Source: Octopus vulgaris
Taxonomy: Eukaryota
Length of the DNA: 64,000 bases
Assembly (NCBI GenBank): GCA_951406725.2
Contig: OX597840.1
Location: 5,704,001-5,768,000 of the forward strand
Reading direction: 5' to 3'
Part shown: in pieces, positions 47,150 through 60,692 of the stretch
Layout: each line of letters starts with the position of its first letter
Numbering within the stretch: the stretch's first letter is position 1
Notes under the pieces: generated by a model
The model's database searches: none
What the model was told of the DNA's origin: nothing
What the model saw: the letters and a program-made list of their open reading frames with translations, nothing else
Made by a program: the position numbers and the translations under genes

Positions 47150-47410
47150 TGAGTGAGTGTGTGTGCAAGAGCCTGCTGCCTGCTGGCAACCTTTGCACAA
47201 ACCTTGTATTTTTGTCGGCCCTTATGGCTAATAAAGAAAGAATTATCATTATTATTATTATTATTATTATTATTACTAATCTTTATTATTATAATTATTA
47301 TTATAATTATTATTATTATTATTACTAATCTTTATTATTATTATTATTATTTTTATTATTATAATTATTATTATTATTATTACTAATCTTTATTATTATC
47401 ATTATTATTA

Positions 47411-47473
<63 letters not shown>

Positions 47474-48343
47474 TATGTTTGACTTTTGCTTGACAACCTA
47501 TGTTGGTGTGTTTACGTCCCTGTAACTTAGCGGTTTACCAAAAGATACTGATAGAATAAGTACTAGGCTTACAAAGAATAAGTCCTGGGGTCGATTTGTT
47601 CGACGAAAGGCAGTGCTCCAGTATGGCCACAGTCAAATAACTGAAACAAGTATGAGTGTATATATGTCTGGCTATCCGCTAATATACACCTATATGATGC
47701 CCTTCTTTTAGCTTCCATCTATCCAAGTCACTCACAAGGCATTGGTCGGCCCATGGCTATAGTAGACCCAATGTGCTGAAGAGTGGAACTGAACCCGAAC
47801 CACATGGTTTGCAAAGCAAGCATCTTAACCACATAACGACGCATTCGCTTTATTATACCTTATTTGTATGTATAAATATCTTCTGTGTTTGAAGTTATTT
47901 AACCCCAGGTAAAATAAAAACAAAACAAATCCTCATCGAGAACTATGATCAAAAGAGTTCCATCCGTGACCTTCACCGTTTATTGTTCAATATCAAACAT
48001 TTCATTCTGTAATGTTTCTTTACTTCTATGAGACGAGGAGCTGTGATTGCAGTGAGATTTGGCTGGTCTGTCTAGCAGCCTCAGTGTCCACATGCAGGAT
48101 CTCTTAGTGCCTGGTCTTATATTTGCATATTTTTCATACATTATTATTTTTATTTGTTTATTTCTTATATAAAATTCTCCATTTGCGTTTTGTGCGCTTT
48201 TTTTCCTTCATATTTATACTTATATACGTCCACACCGTTCCGTATTACACGTACACATATACACACGTACACACATACACGTGCATACAGAGACACGCAT
48301 ATACATACAAACATATATATTCCATTTATATATATCTCTCTCA

Positions 48344-48382
<39 letters not shown>

Positions 48383-48522
48383 CATATATATATTATACAA
48401 GTATGCATGTTTATACATACATATACATAAATATCTTTATATATATATATATGTATATGTATGTATGTATGTACCTACGTACACACACACATGTACGCAC
48501 GCACACACACACACATATATAT

Positions 48523-48601
<79 letters not shown>

Positions 48602-48815
48602 CATATATATATATATACATATATAATATATATTCGTTATTCGGTTTTATTCTTCTTTCGCTACCATTTACAAGTAATTTTCCAGTAAAGATATTGACGC
48701 CTAAGCTTCTCTAATCCTTAAAAGCTTGCGGATTACAAGTTTGTGGCCACGACACTTAGGTGTGTATAAATACACATACCAACACCCCCACACACATCTA
48801 TACATACATACATAT

Positions 48816-48846
<31 letters not shown>

Positions 48847-48878
48847 CACACATGTATGAATGTATGTCTATATGTATG

Positions 48879-48916
<38 letters not shown>

Positions 48917-48940
48917 CATGTATGAATTTATGTCTATATG

Positions 48941-48996
<56 letters not shown>

Positions 48997-49104
48997 CATG
49001 CATGAATGTATGTCTATATGTATGTAAATATATATATATATATATAGATATATAGATATGTATGTATGTATATATGGATGTACATATACACATAGACGAT
49101 GTAT

Positions 49105-49214
<110 letters not shown>

Positions 49215-49573
49215 GATATATGTGTAATGATGGATGTATGGATGGTTGTATATTGGAAAAATAGCTGCGTGTAGTTATGTATTTGTCGACGGGAATGAAT
49301 TTTTAAGACCACCCACTCGCAAAGAAGTTTAGCTGTTTATACCATGACGATATATAATTTGGAACATTTATAGATCTTAACATTTTATTCCTCCATTTTA
49401 TAATAATGGTAATGTCTTAAAGTATTACTGTTTGTCTTATGATGTTAATCTGTCGTAGTCCGAGAAAGATGGTTCTGCAATTTCCTACTGAAGAACCTGT
49501 AAAAAATATTTATCTGAAAGTGATCAAATGTTCGTGTGGCACATTAGCTCACCCCTCCCATCAAATCGAGGTT

Positions 49574-50135
49574 ACCTATTTCTTTACTACCCACAAGGGG
49601 CTAAACACAGAGGGGACAGACAAGGAGAGACAAACAGATTAAGTCGATTACATCAATTCCAGTGCGTAACTGGTACTTAATTAAGGCGGCGAGCTGGCAG
49701 AAACGTTAGCACGCCGGGTGAAATGCTTTGTGGTATTTCGTCCGCCGCTGCGTTCTGAGTTCAAATTCCGCCGAGGTCGACTTAGCCTTTCATCCTTTCG
49801 GGGTTGATAAATTAAGCACCAGTATACGCATAAAAGGCGGCGAGCTGGCAGAAACGTTAGCACGCCGCGTGAAATGCTTTGTGGTATTTCTTCCGCCGCT
49901 GCGTTCTGAGTTCAAATTCCGCTGAGGTCGACTTTGCCTTTCATTCTTTCAGGGTCGATAAATTAAGTACCAGTTATGCACTGGGGTCGATGTAATCAAC
50001 TTAATTCCTTTGTCTGTCCTTTTTTGTCCTCTCTGTGTGTAGCCCCTTGTGGGCAGAAAAGAAATAGGTACTTAATTTATTGTCCCTGAAGGGATGAAAG
50101 GCAAAGTCGACTTCGGCGGAATTTGAACTCACAAC
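49574..50135. mobile_element. Plus-strand SINE-B pair (49683-50069) nested in a minus-strand SINE-B
   Basis: GGTACTTAATT duplicated at 49672-49682 and 50067-50077; the host copy resumes after it. Confidence 0.85.
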
Positions 50136-50739
50136 ATAAGGTGTTGAAGGGATCACAGAGCAACGTAAAATAAAGTGATTTGCTCAAGAACACAATACAC
50201 AGTAGCACCCAGTTCAGGATTTGAAACCGCGATCTTGCAAGCAACACACCTAACCACTAGGCCATGCTCCCTCGACATTGATTTATAGTGCTGTTATACA
50301 GTACTGCTTTGTAATACAGTCTACTGTATTACAAAAAAAAAAAAGGGTTCGGTGGAATTTATTTTGGACTATTTTCTTGCCAATAATAAATATATTAATG
50401 AAATCTTTGTAATACAGTCTACTGGTACTTTCCATCCATCCAATCGTCTGTTCGTCCGTCCATCTAGCCATCCATCAGTGTTGGTGTGTTTACGTCCGCG
50501 TAACTTAACGGTTCCGCAAAAGAAACCGATAAAGTAAGTACTAGGCTTAAGAAATAAGTCTTGGGATCGATTTGTTCGACTAAAAGTTCTTCAAGACAAT
50601 GTCCCAGCATGGCTGCTGTCAGATGACTGGAACCAGGTAAAAGAATGAGCGAATAGGCTCAGACTTGGCCTTGTGACTGCGCCTCTAGCGAACAATTCGG
50701 AACAAAAGCCAGATAATCAGTTGTCGCCAAACAAAAACC

Positions 50740-51327
50740 GGATCTTTTCCTTTTGAACGGCAGACAATTTCTAGTTAACTAAACACTTTAAAACTTCGTA
50801 TACTGGTAGAATGTGTCAAAATAAAACATTTTTTTCTCTTGGCTTTCTTGAGAAAATTGTAATTTGTTTGTTTAACGTAGTTTAATTTTTCAAATTTTAA
50901 CCAATCCTATGGCCTCTTTTGAGCTAAAATCATTTGCTGCGTCTAAAACTGAGACACTACCCCTCAACCTAACCCTAACCCTAATTTTTTTTTTCTTAAT
51001 TGTTAAATTAATTTAATTGTTACGCATGTAAAAAAAAACGAAATCAATGAAAAATGATTTAAACAGTAATTAAGAAAGAAAAAATTAGGGTTAGGGTTAA
51101 GGGGAGGGTTAGTTACAGGATGTTGTCTCAGTTTTAGACGCAGCAAATGATTTTAGTTGAATGGAGGTAATCGATTGGTTAAAATTGCCGAAATGCTCGG
51201 ATTTTCAGACGAAATATCTTACAAACTATAGAATTTTCTCAATAAAGCCAAGAAAAAATGATGTTTTATAAACACATTCTACCAGTATACGAAGACTAAA
51301 AGTGTTTAGTTCAAAAGGAAAAGATCC
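50740..51327. mobile_element. Merlin-type MITE with long TIRs, 8-bp TSD and internal telomere-like repeats
   Basis: GGATCTTTTCCTTTTGAAC / GTTCAAAAGGAAAAGATCC; TSD CAAAAACC at 50732-50739 and 51328-51335; CCTAACCCTAACCCTAA and TTAGGGTTAGGGTTA. Confidence 0.85.
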
Positions 51328-51460
51328 CAAAAACCTTTCATCCAACATCTACATTTTTGCAATATATTCATTGCAGCAATCACAGGTATGTTTTCTTTAT
51401 CTACCTTTCATTTTGAATTACTCTGTACAACCACAAGGTACTGCCATTGTCCGGAGTATA

Positions 51461-51808
51461 TGAAGGCGCATGGCTCAGTAGTTAGAGCGTTGGGATTACA
51501 ATCATGAGGTAGTGAGCTCGATTCCTGGACTGGGCTGTGTTGTGTTTTTGAGCAAGACACTTTATTTCACGTTGCTCCAATTCACTCAGCTGCAGAAATG
51601 AGTTGCAACGTCACTGATGCCAAGCTGTATCGACCCCTTTGCTCTTCCCTTGGATAACATTGGTGGTGTGCAGAGGGGAGGCTGGTATGCATGGGCGACT
51701 GCTGGTCTTCCATAAACAAACTTGCCCAGACTTGTGCCTTGAGGGGAACTTTCTAGGTGCAATCCCAAGATCATTCGTGACCGAAGGGGTTTTTTACTCT
51801 TTACTCTT
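51461..51808 (+). mobile_element. tRNA-derived SINE family E
   Basis: A/B boxes; core shared with family D; opposite-strand copy at ~53612-53929. Confidence 0.88.
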
Positions 51809-52287
51809 TGTCCTAAGTAAGTCTTTAAAAATCTCCCCGGCAATGGGGCCCTGGTTCGAAAGTTCCAGGGATTTCGTGGAGTGTGGAAATACCTCTTAGT
51901 CATTATTTTCCCAAGGTCTACTCTGACTCAGAATAGTAGTACCTGTATGGCTTAATTAGCATGACATGGAAGATCACCTGTGGAAGATGATCCCTTACAG
52001 ATGCCCTTCAACGGACCCAGAGTGGACCAGGTCCTCCAGCTCTTTAGTTGCTCATCAAAGAAAAGGTAACACCATACAAAACTTGCATCATCATAGGTAT
52101 TGAACTTTTATTGATCTGAAGATCAATACAAGTTTGGCGGACAAGACAACGAATGGAATTGGCACTGTACGAGCCATGTCTACAATAATAATCAACCCAA
52201 ATTGAGGTGATTTGTTGAGCATTTAAAGGAGGCATAGGGAATTAAACCCTACAGAAAGTCCGGAATGAGGGTCCTTAAGGTAGATTT

Positions 52288-52428
52288 ACGAGGGAGTACT
52301 GAAAAGTTCCTAGCTTTGCGGGTATCGAGAAAGGCCTGACTGGAGGCCCAGCCTTACAAGCTCTTTTTACAGGGCTTAGAAAAACTGAAGGACCGCCACA
52401 ATGACTGTGTGAATCTAAGTGGGGAATA
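52288..52428 (+). mobile_element. Mariner-derived miniature fragment
   Basis: TACGAGGGAGTACTGAAAAGTTCC TIR-like start; FLQGLEKLKDRHNDCVNLSGEY resembles a mariner C-terminus. Confidence 0.6.
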
Positions 52429-52830
52429 TACTCTTTTACTCTTTTACTTGTTTCAGTCATTTGACTGCGGCCATGCTGGAGCACCACCTTAAATCGAGCA
52501 AATCCACCCTGGGACTTATTCTTTGTAAGCCCAGTACTTATTCTATCAGTCTCTTTTGCCGAACCGCTAAGTTACGGGGACGTAAACACACCAGCATCGG
52601 TTGTCAAGCAATGCTAGAGGGGCAAACACAGACACACAAACATATATGCACACATACATATATATACGACAGGCTTCTTTCAGTTTCCGTCTACCAAATC
52701 CACTCACAAGTCTTTGGTTGGCCCGAGGCTATAGTAGAAGACACTTGCTCAAGATGCCACGCAGTGGGACTGAACCCGGAACTATGTGGTTGGTTAGCAA
52801 GCTACTTACCACACAGCCACTCCTGCGCCT
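52429..52830 (-). mobile_element. SINE-A, full length
   Basis: Family match. Confidence 0.93.
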
Positions 52831-53109
52831 ATGTTGAATAAAATCATAACTGATCCTCCAGTATTTTCTTTTAGCCAAAGCCAGGAGCTTTTCAGCATCC
52901 CCTCGTGTACGGTTATGCTTCATCAATATCTAGCATCCCTCGTAGCATCATCGATGCTGTGAATGGGTTGATTTGTCTTTCCTTCGTGGCGTTTACATGA
53001 GTGAAGAGTTTGTATGAGTAATAGGGGCTCAGCACTTGCTTTTGCAAACAGCTCAGGCACAGTTATTGTTTTTGTAATACCGTGAACCAGCAGTGAAAAT
53101 GGCCAGCTA

Positions 53110-53575
53110 ATTCCATGATCAAACTTATCAAATGCCTTTGCAAAATTGAGATTTATCACTTCCATGTTTAATCGATTCGAAGAAGTTGTTTTATCACTCA
53201 GTCATAACGCTGCAGAAGTCATGTAAGGCATCTTCTTCCTGAGTGGAGCATCATGATGACTACCAGAAAGCGAGTCATTATCTTCTTGGAATACAATCAG
53301 CTTCCTTCTGACAATTCCCTCCATGATTTTGCATATATTTGAGATTAGAGAGACATGCCTATAATTTTTAGCATCACCAAAGAGGGAACAGAAAATCCAT
53401 TGATATGGTTGTACTTAACCATTATCTAGCACCCTCGTGGTTCCATCAATACTTCATGGCTGTCAGAAAGCAAGGCATTATCTTCTTGGAATACGATCAG
53501 ATTCCCCCTGGAAATTTGTCTCCATGGTTTTGTGTATATGTGAGATTAGAATGACATATCAATAGTCTTCTAAAT
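53110..53575 (-). mobile_element. Decayed CR1 RT fragments (two overlapping pieces)
   Basis: DAKNYRHVSLISNICKIMEGIVRRKLI and NFAKAFDKFDHG. Confidence 0.8.
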
Positions 53576-54989
53576 CCAGAGTGAGGGACCCTAAGGCAGA
53601 TATGTATGGGTATAGGTAAAGGATAAAGAGCCCCTTTGATCATGAATCACCATGGAATTGCACCTAGAAAGTTCCCCTCCGAGGCACAAGTCCAGGCAAG
53701 GTTGTTTATGGAAGACCAGCAGTCACTGCCCCTCTCCATGCCACCGATATTATCCAAGGGAAGGGCAAAGACCGATACAGCTTGGTACCAGTGACTCATT
53801 CCTACAGTTGAGTGAACTGAAATAAAATGTCTTGCACAAGAACACAACCCACAGCCTGGTCCGGCAATCGAATTCACTACCTCATGATTGTGATCCCGAC
53901 GCGTTAACCACTGAGCCATGCGCCTTCACTCAACCAGTATCTAGCACCCCCTGAAGCTCCATGGAGGTTACAAACACTTTGACTAGTCTTTCCTTCTTGG
54001 CCCTTCTGGAAACAGTCCAGAGGTGGTTAAGTTATAGTTTCCTCTGTCATACCATCGAACAAGGACTAAAAAACAGAAAATAAAGCAATAACAAGCTAAA
54101 AACAAAAAATAGTAGCCATAGTACTTCCGAAATGTACCGTATTATTGTACGATCATAGAGTACTGTCCCGTAGTAGTGTCTTATAGTACTACCTTATAGT
54201 ACTGTTCATAGTTATGCATGGCAGAGAGGAAAATATGAATAAATAAGAGAAAACAAAGAAAATTGGGCTGTCATACACCAATAATGATGATGATGATGAC
54301 GACGATGAAGATGATAAAGATAGTGATGAAGATGATGACGACATTGATGATGGCAACAACGAAGACGATGATGTAGACGATGATCACGATGATGACGAAG
54401 AGATGATAATAATAATAATAGTAATACTACTACTGATGATGATGATGATGATGATGATGAATAATGATAATAATAATGTTCACTGGTAGTGAACCGCTGA
54501 CACCATAATACATCTCCACCGTTAGAAGTTGTGCAAAGACAAGAAGAAGAAGAAGGAGAAGAAGAAGAAGAAGAAGAAGAAGGAGAAGGAGAAGGAGAAG
54601 ATGGTGGTGATGATGAGGGCGATAATGTTGATGATGACGTTGGTGGTGGTGGTGGTGATGATGATGGCAGTATTGTTGTAATTATTGTCGTTGTTGTTGT
54701 TGTTACAGGTGTCGATGGCGGGGGTTGTATACCAAGTTTATCAGGAAGATGGTAAAAGGTAATGCACGAAAGTATCGGAGCCGTCCATTATGTTTTATAG
54801 CCTGTCTTTTATACGCAACAGCTGACATTTAAGGCCGAATTCCATTTAGACTGATCACAGAAACAACAACAACAACAACAACAATACAGGGACTCTTTTG
54901 CAAGGTTACCCGATATGCTAGAAATAGCAGTTAAATAATTATTTATTCCGTATTTTAACAGTCATTTATAAAGGAATGCGAAGAAAAAT

Positions 54990-55577
54990 TATGGTGGTGG
55001 TGACGTTGACGGTGGTAATGATGATGGTGATAGTGATGATGATGATGACGGTTGTGGTGGCGGTGGTGGTGATGTTGGTGATGATAATGATGATCATGAT
55101 GATCATGATGGTGATAGTGGTGGTGATGATGATGATGATGGTGATGATGATGCTGGTGATGATGATGCTGGTGATGATGATGATGATGATGATCATGATG
55201 GTGATAGTGATGCTGATGATAGCAATGATGATGACGAGGAGGATCAGGATGATGATGAGGATGATGATGATGATGACGATGACGATGATGATGGTGATGA
55301 TGATGATGATGATGACGATGACGATGATGATGGTGATAGTGGTGGTGGTGGTGATGATGATGATGGTGATGATGGTGGTGACGGCGGTAATAGTGGTGTT
55401 GAGAGTGATGCTGATGATAGCAATGATGATGACGAGGAGAATCAGGGTGATGATGAGGATGATGATGATAACGATGACGTTGATGACGACGACGATGATG
55501 ATAATGGTGGTAGTGGTGGCCGTGGTAGACACCAGTATCGACATCGTTATCATCATCATCATCATCGTCATCATCAT
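54990..55577. repeat. (GAT/GGT)n microsatellite
   Basis: Direct reading. Confidence 0.95.
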
Positions 55578-56153
55578 TTTACACCAAGACTCCAGAGAAG
55601 TTTTAAACACACACACACACAAGCACGTGCGCCCAATAATGCCAAACTTTTCCTATACACACGTTCTTGAGATTGACAAACCTTGTTCCTTCATTACGGA
55701 ACATCGGTAAATTAAGAATTGTGAATTAATCTGACAAGGAATACAAGAAATTTAATTGTAGAATCAATATCAGGAGTTATATGGCGAAATATCTTGGAGA
55801 ATGTTAATTCCTCTGCGCCAAATTCCTCGTTAGTAACGACCGCCTTCGCAATTATTACAAGAGCGTTCAGTTCATTTAGTGTCCTCTTGCATTTAACCAA
55901 TTCTATTCTTCGATATGTATGTACACAAATATATCTATAAATCTCTCTCTCTTCTTCTCCCCCTCTCTATCTATCAATCTATCTATATATATATCTCTCT
56001 ATCTATCTATCTGTCGATCTATCTCTAGATATTCCATGGTATTTCATTTTATGACTGGTTTTTATTGGCGATTATTAATTTACTTTCAGTTTCATTTTAT
56101 TCCTTTAACGACCAGCAACTGTATACCCCAATATATAGTATATGCATACATAT

Positions 56154-56560
56154 ACTCTTTTACTCTCTTTTACTCTTTTACATGTTTCAGTCATTTGACT
56201 GCGGCCATGCTGGAGCACCGCCTTTAGTCGAGCAAATCGACCCCGGGACTTATTCTTTGTAAGCCCAGTACTTATTCTATCAGTCTCTTTTGCCGAACCG
56301 CTAAGTGACGGGGACGTAAACACACCAGCATCAGTTGTCAAGCAATGCTAGGGGTACAAACACAGACACACTAACACACACACATACATACATATACGAC
56401 AGGCTTCTTTCAGTTTCTGTCTACCAAATCCACTCACAAGGCATTGGTCGGCCCGGGGCTATAGCAGAACACACTTGCCCAAGATGCCACGCAGTGGGAC
56501 TGAACCCGGAACCATGTGGTTGGTTAGCAAGCTACTTACCACACAGCCACTCCTGCGCCT
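56154..56560 (-). mobile_element. SINE-A, full length
   Basis: Family match. Confidence 0.94.
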
Positions 56561-56590
56561 GTGGTATATATGTATATATATATATATACG

Positions 56591-56624
<34 letters not shown>

Positions 56625-56636
56625 CGTATATATACA

Positions 56637-57195
56637 CAGGGTGCAGTGAATAAATTGTCATCTGAATTACGCAAAGATGAAAATAACACTAATATCTCAT
56701 TTTCAAAAGATATATTTACCAAAATTACATGAAAATATCTTGAAATACTAAAGAGTAAATTTATTCAATAAAAATCGCCATTGGCTTCAACTGTGGCTTC
56801 CAGGCTACTCTGGAATCTCTGGCAACTCTTCTGGGCAGTTTCCTTATTTAAGTTGGTGAATGTTGCCATAATTTTTGCCTTCAGTTCATCTTTTATGTTA
56901 CAAGAAGTTTTGTTGGTCTCTCACTTGACTGCCCCCCACACGTAATAACCATGGGGGTCGCAGTCTGGGGAGTTAGGTGGCCAGATGTTAGGGGTGGTGT
57001 GATTGCAGAAATTGACAGTCGTGAATGAGCTCTTCTGCTTGTGTAGGATGGTGCAGAATCCTGTTGCCAGACAGGGTCTTCCAGCAGCCATCTCCTTGAC
57101 CCAGAGCAGCACTACCTCATCCAGGCACTTGATGTAGGCCTCTGTGCTGAGTCTGAGGCTGTGTGAGATGATGAATGGAGCCATAACGTCACCAT
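56637..57195 (-). mobile_element. Tc1/mariner (maT/DD37D-like) transposase 3' half with TIR
   Basis: EAYIKCLDEVV, WPPNSPDCDPHGYYVWGAV; terminal CAGGGTG. Confidence 0.85.
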
Positions 57196-57389
57196 GGTTT
57201 CTTAAACATTCTCTAGAACAACACTAAGTACAAAACCAAATGTATGGCACCCTAAGCATAACACCAGCATGAACTTCTAATTTGTTATCTCTTGAGGTCT
57301 CTGGGTGACACTTGGAGCCAACTTGTACAAATGCAAAGCAAATTCAAACACAGAATAATAATAATAATAATAATAACAACAACAACAAC

Positions 57390-57443
<54 letters not shown>

Positions 57444-57971
57444 TAATAATAATGATGATGATGATGATGATGATAACAACAACAACAAATAATAATAATA
57501 AAAATAAATAATAATAATAATGATGATGATGATGATAACAACAACAACTAATAATAATAATAATAATAATAATAATATAATAATAATAATAATAACAATA
57601 ATAATGATAATAATGATGTTCACTGGTAGTGAACTGCTGACACCGTAGTACATCTCCACCGTTAGAAGCTGTGCAAAGACGAGGAGGAGGAGGAGGAGGA
57701 GGGGAAGAAGAAGAAGAAGAAGAAGAAGAAGAAGAAGAAGAAGAAGAAGAAGAAGAAGAAGAAGAAGGGTTTCAAATTTTGCCACAAGGGCAGCAAAAGG
57801 AGATGAGTCTATTACATCGACCCCAGTACTCAACTGGTGTTTATTTTATCAACCCTGAAAGAATGAAAGGCAAAGTTGACCTCGGCAGAATTTGAACTCA
57901 GAATGTGTAGACGGACAAAATGCCGTTAAGCATTTATCCTGGCGTGCTAACAATTCTGCCAGTGCGATGCC

Positions 57972-57972
<1 letters not shown>

Positions 57973-58044
<72 letters not shown>

Positions 58045-58058
58045 TGATAATAATAATG

Positions 58059-58101
<43 letters not shown>

Positions 58102-58103
58102 TG

Positions 58104-58149
<46 letters not shown>

Positions 58150-58160
58150 TAATAATGATG

Positions 58161-58209
<49 letters not shown>

Positions 58210-58211
58210 TG

Positions 58212-58260
<49 letters not shown>

Positions 58261-58274
58261 TGATAATAATGATG

Positions 58275-58326
<52 letters not shown>

Positions 58327-58351
58327 TAATAATGATGATAATAATAATAAT
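57973..58351. repeat. (AAT)n microsatellite
   Basis: Direct reading. Confidence 0.97.
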
Positions 58352-58356
58352 ATGGA

Positions 58357-58678
58357 GCACGCCATCGGTTACGACGACGAGGGTCCCAACTGATACGATG
58401 AACGGAACAGCTTGCTCGTAAAATTAATGTGCAAGTGACTGAGCAATCTACAGACATGTGTACCCTTAACATAGTTCTCAGGGAGATTAAGTGTGACACA
58501 GAGTGTGACAAGGCTGGCCCTTCGAAATACAAGTACAACTCATTTTTGCCAGCTGAGTGGACTGGAGCAACATGAAATAAAGTGTCTTGCTCAAGGACAC
58601 GACGCGTCTCCGGGAATTGAACTCACGACCTTACGATCGTGAGCCGAATGCCCTATCCACTAAGCCACGCGCCTTCAC
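58357..58678 (-). mobile_element. SINE-D
   Basis: Reverse complement of 26200-26524. Confidence 0.9.
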
Positions 58679-58719
58679 TTAATAATTACAACAACAACGA
58701 CGACGACAACGACAATAAT

Positions 58720-59066
58720 AAGAGCACTCAGAGAGTGCAAACCTCAGCCAAGGCAACACCAATGTCCTCTCAATGATGAACCAGCGATGATTTTTAAAAT
58801 GAAAATATCTGAAATAAACTCAACTGCTCTCGCAAACGAGAATACTAAAAATGAACCCGAATGCTCTCAAAAATTAAGTAAAAAAAAGAACCCCCCCAAA
58901 AAAAACCAGAATCTTTGTCCAGTATCTTATCGATCACAATGGTAGTTATGGAATGTGAAGGTGGCCGTAGAAAGTTTTGTAACAGTAATAAATAGTTTAT
59001 CCTTATCTAATACAAACCAAAGTAAACAAATGCACCATTCAAAATAGTTTCAAAGGCGGAGGTAAT
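58720..59066 (+). mobile_element. HINE/DINE-like non-autonomous element; related 3' part at ~60415-60585
   Basis: ACCTCAGCC near the start and GGCGGAGGT at the end; the other piece has (CAAA)n and ACCTCCGCC. Confidence 0.45.
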
Positions 59067-59219
59067 AATAGTAAGTGCTACTCAGGAATTTGTAAATGAA
59101 TAGCAAGAGACCTTTTGGTTTTCTTTTCTCTTAAATTCCGGCCTTTCTTTAGTATTCCTGTTGTTTTAGATTGATGTATAGATATATGTATATATATGTA
59201 TGTATAATATACTCTTTAT

Positions 59220-59597
59220 TCTTTTACTTGTTTCAGTCATTTGACTGCGGCCATGCTGGAGCACCGCCTTTAATCGAGCAACTCGACCCCGGGACTTATT
59301 CTTTTGTAAGCCCAGTACTTATTCTATCGGTCTCTTTTGCCGAACCGCTAAGTAACGGGGACATAAACACACCAGCATCGGTTGTCAAGCAATGCTAGGG
59401 GGACAAACACTGACACACAAACACATATATATATACATACACATATATACGACGGGCTTCTTTCAGTTTCCATCTACCAAAGCCACTCACAAGGCTTTGG
59501 TCGGGCTGAGGCTATAGTAGAAGACACTTGCCCAAGGTGCCACGCAGTGGGACTGAACCCGGAACCATGCGGTTTGTAAGCAAGCTACTTACCACAT
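59220..59597 (-). mobile_element. SINE-A
   Basis: Family match. Confidence 0.93.
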
Positions 59598-59836
59598 AAT
59601 ATATATATTATAAATGTACGCTAGTTGTTTAATTTCTGAACGGTTTTGCTGCCGTTTGTTTATGTAGTTTCATTTCTTTATCCATCAGTTTCTACTAAGA
59701 AAAGAAACGCGAGTAAAATTAAGAATAGAGAAACGAAAATAGAATTTTGGAACAGATTAAAGGGAGATAATTGAGAAAGACTTGAAAGTGAACTTAAGAT
59801 CGTAATCATGTAAAGTAAATATAACAAATAATCTAG

Positions 59837-60411
59837 AAGGAGTGGCTATGTGGTAAGTAGCTTGCTAACGAACCACATGGTTCCGGGTTCAGTCCCACTG
59901 CATGGCATCTTGGGCAAGTGTCTTCTGCTATAGCCCCGGGCCGACCAATGCCTTGTGAGTGGATTTGGTAGACGGAAACTGAAAGAAGCCCGTCGTATAT
60001 ATGTATATATAGGCGTAGGAGTGACTGTGTGGTAAGTAGCTTGCTAACCAACCACATGGTTCCGGGTTCAGTCCCACTGCGTGGCATCTTTGGCAAGTGT
60101 CTTCTGCTATAGCCCTGGGCCGACCAATGCCTTGTGAGTGGATTTGGTAGACGGAAACTGAAAGAAGCCCGTCGTATATATGTATATATATATGTGTGCA
60201 TGTATGTTTGTGTTTGTCCCCCTAGCATTGCTTGACAACGGATACTGGTGTGTTTACGTCCCCGTCACTTAGCGGTTCAGCAAAAGAGACCGATAGAATA
60301 AGTACTGGGCTTACAAAAGAATAAGTCCCGGGGTCGATTTGATCGACTAAAGGCGGTGCTCCAGCATGGCCGCAGTCAAATGACTGAAACAAGTAAAAGA
60401 GTAAAAGAGAG
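59837..60411 (+). mobile_element. SINE-A with duplicated head (59837-60010 then 60012-60411)
   Basis: The head restarts inside the internal TA tract. Confidence 0.92.
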
Positions 60412-60692
60412 TAACCCTTGTCTGATACCGGATCTATCCCAAAATCTAATCAGTTCATGCCAGTCACGAGGCCAAACATCCCTGAAAGTTCCATCTGAAT
60501 CCATCCTACAGTTCTTGAGATATCTCGTCCACGGACAAACATACAAACAAACACGACATGAAACAATACCTCCGCCTTCGCTAATACCACTAGTAATGAT
60601 GATATCAATAAAAATAGTAGAATTCTAAAGTTCTGACATGTATACACATGCACCAGTCAAATAAAATTTTGCGATAGTATTCGTCTTGGCGC

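Noticed and set aside
49305-49375. NFFASG as a missing host exon
   Set aside because: Short match, no convincing open frame or splice sites.
50965-51112. True telomere or chromosome fusion site
   Set aside because: Only 2-3 units per side, inside the arms of a TSD-bounded MITE.
52044-52245. Possible minus-strand exon (also 55712-55900)
   Set aside because: No phase-compatible splice pair or family motif found.
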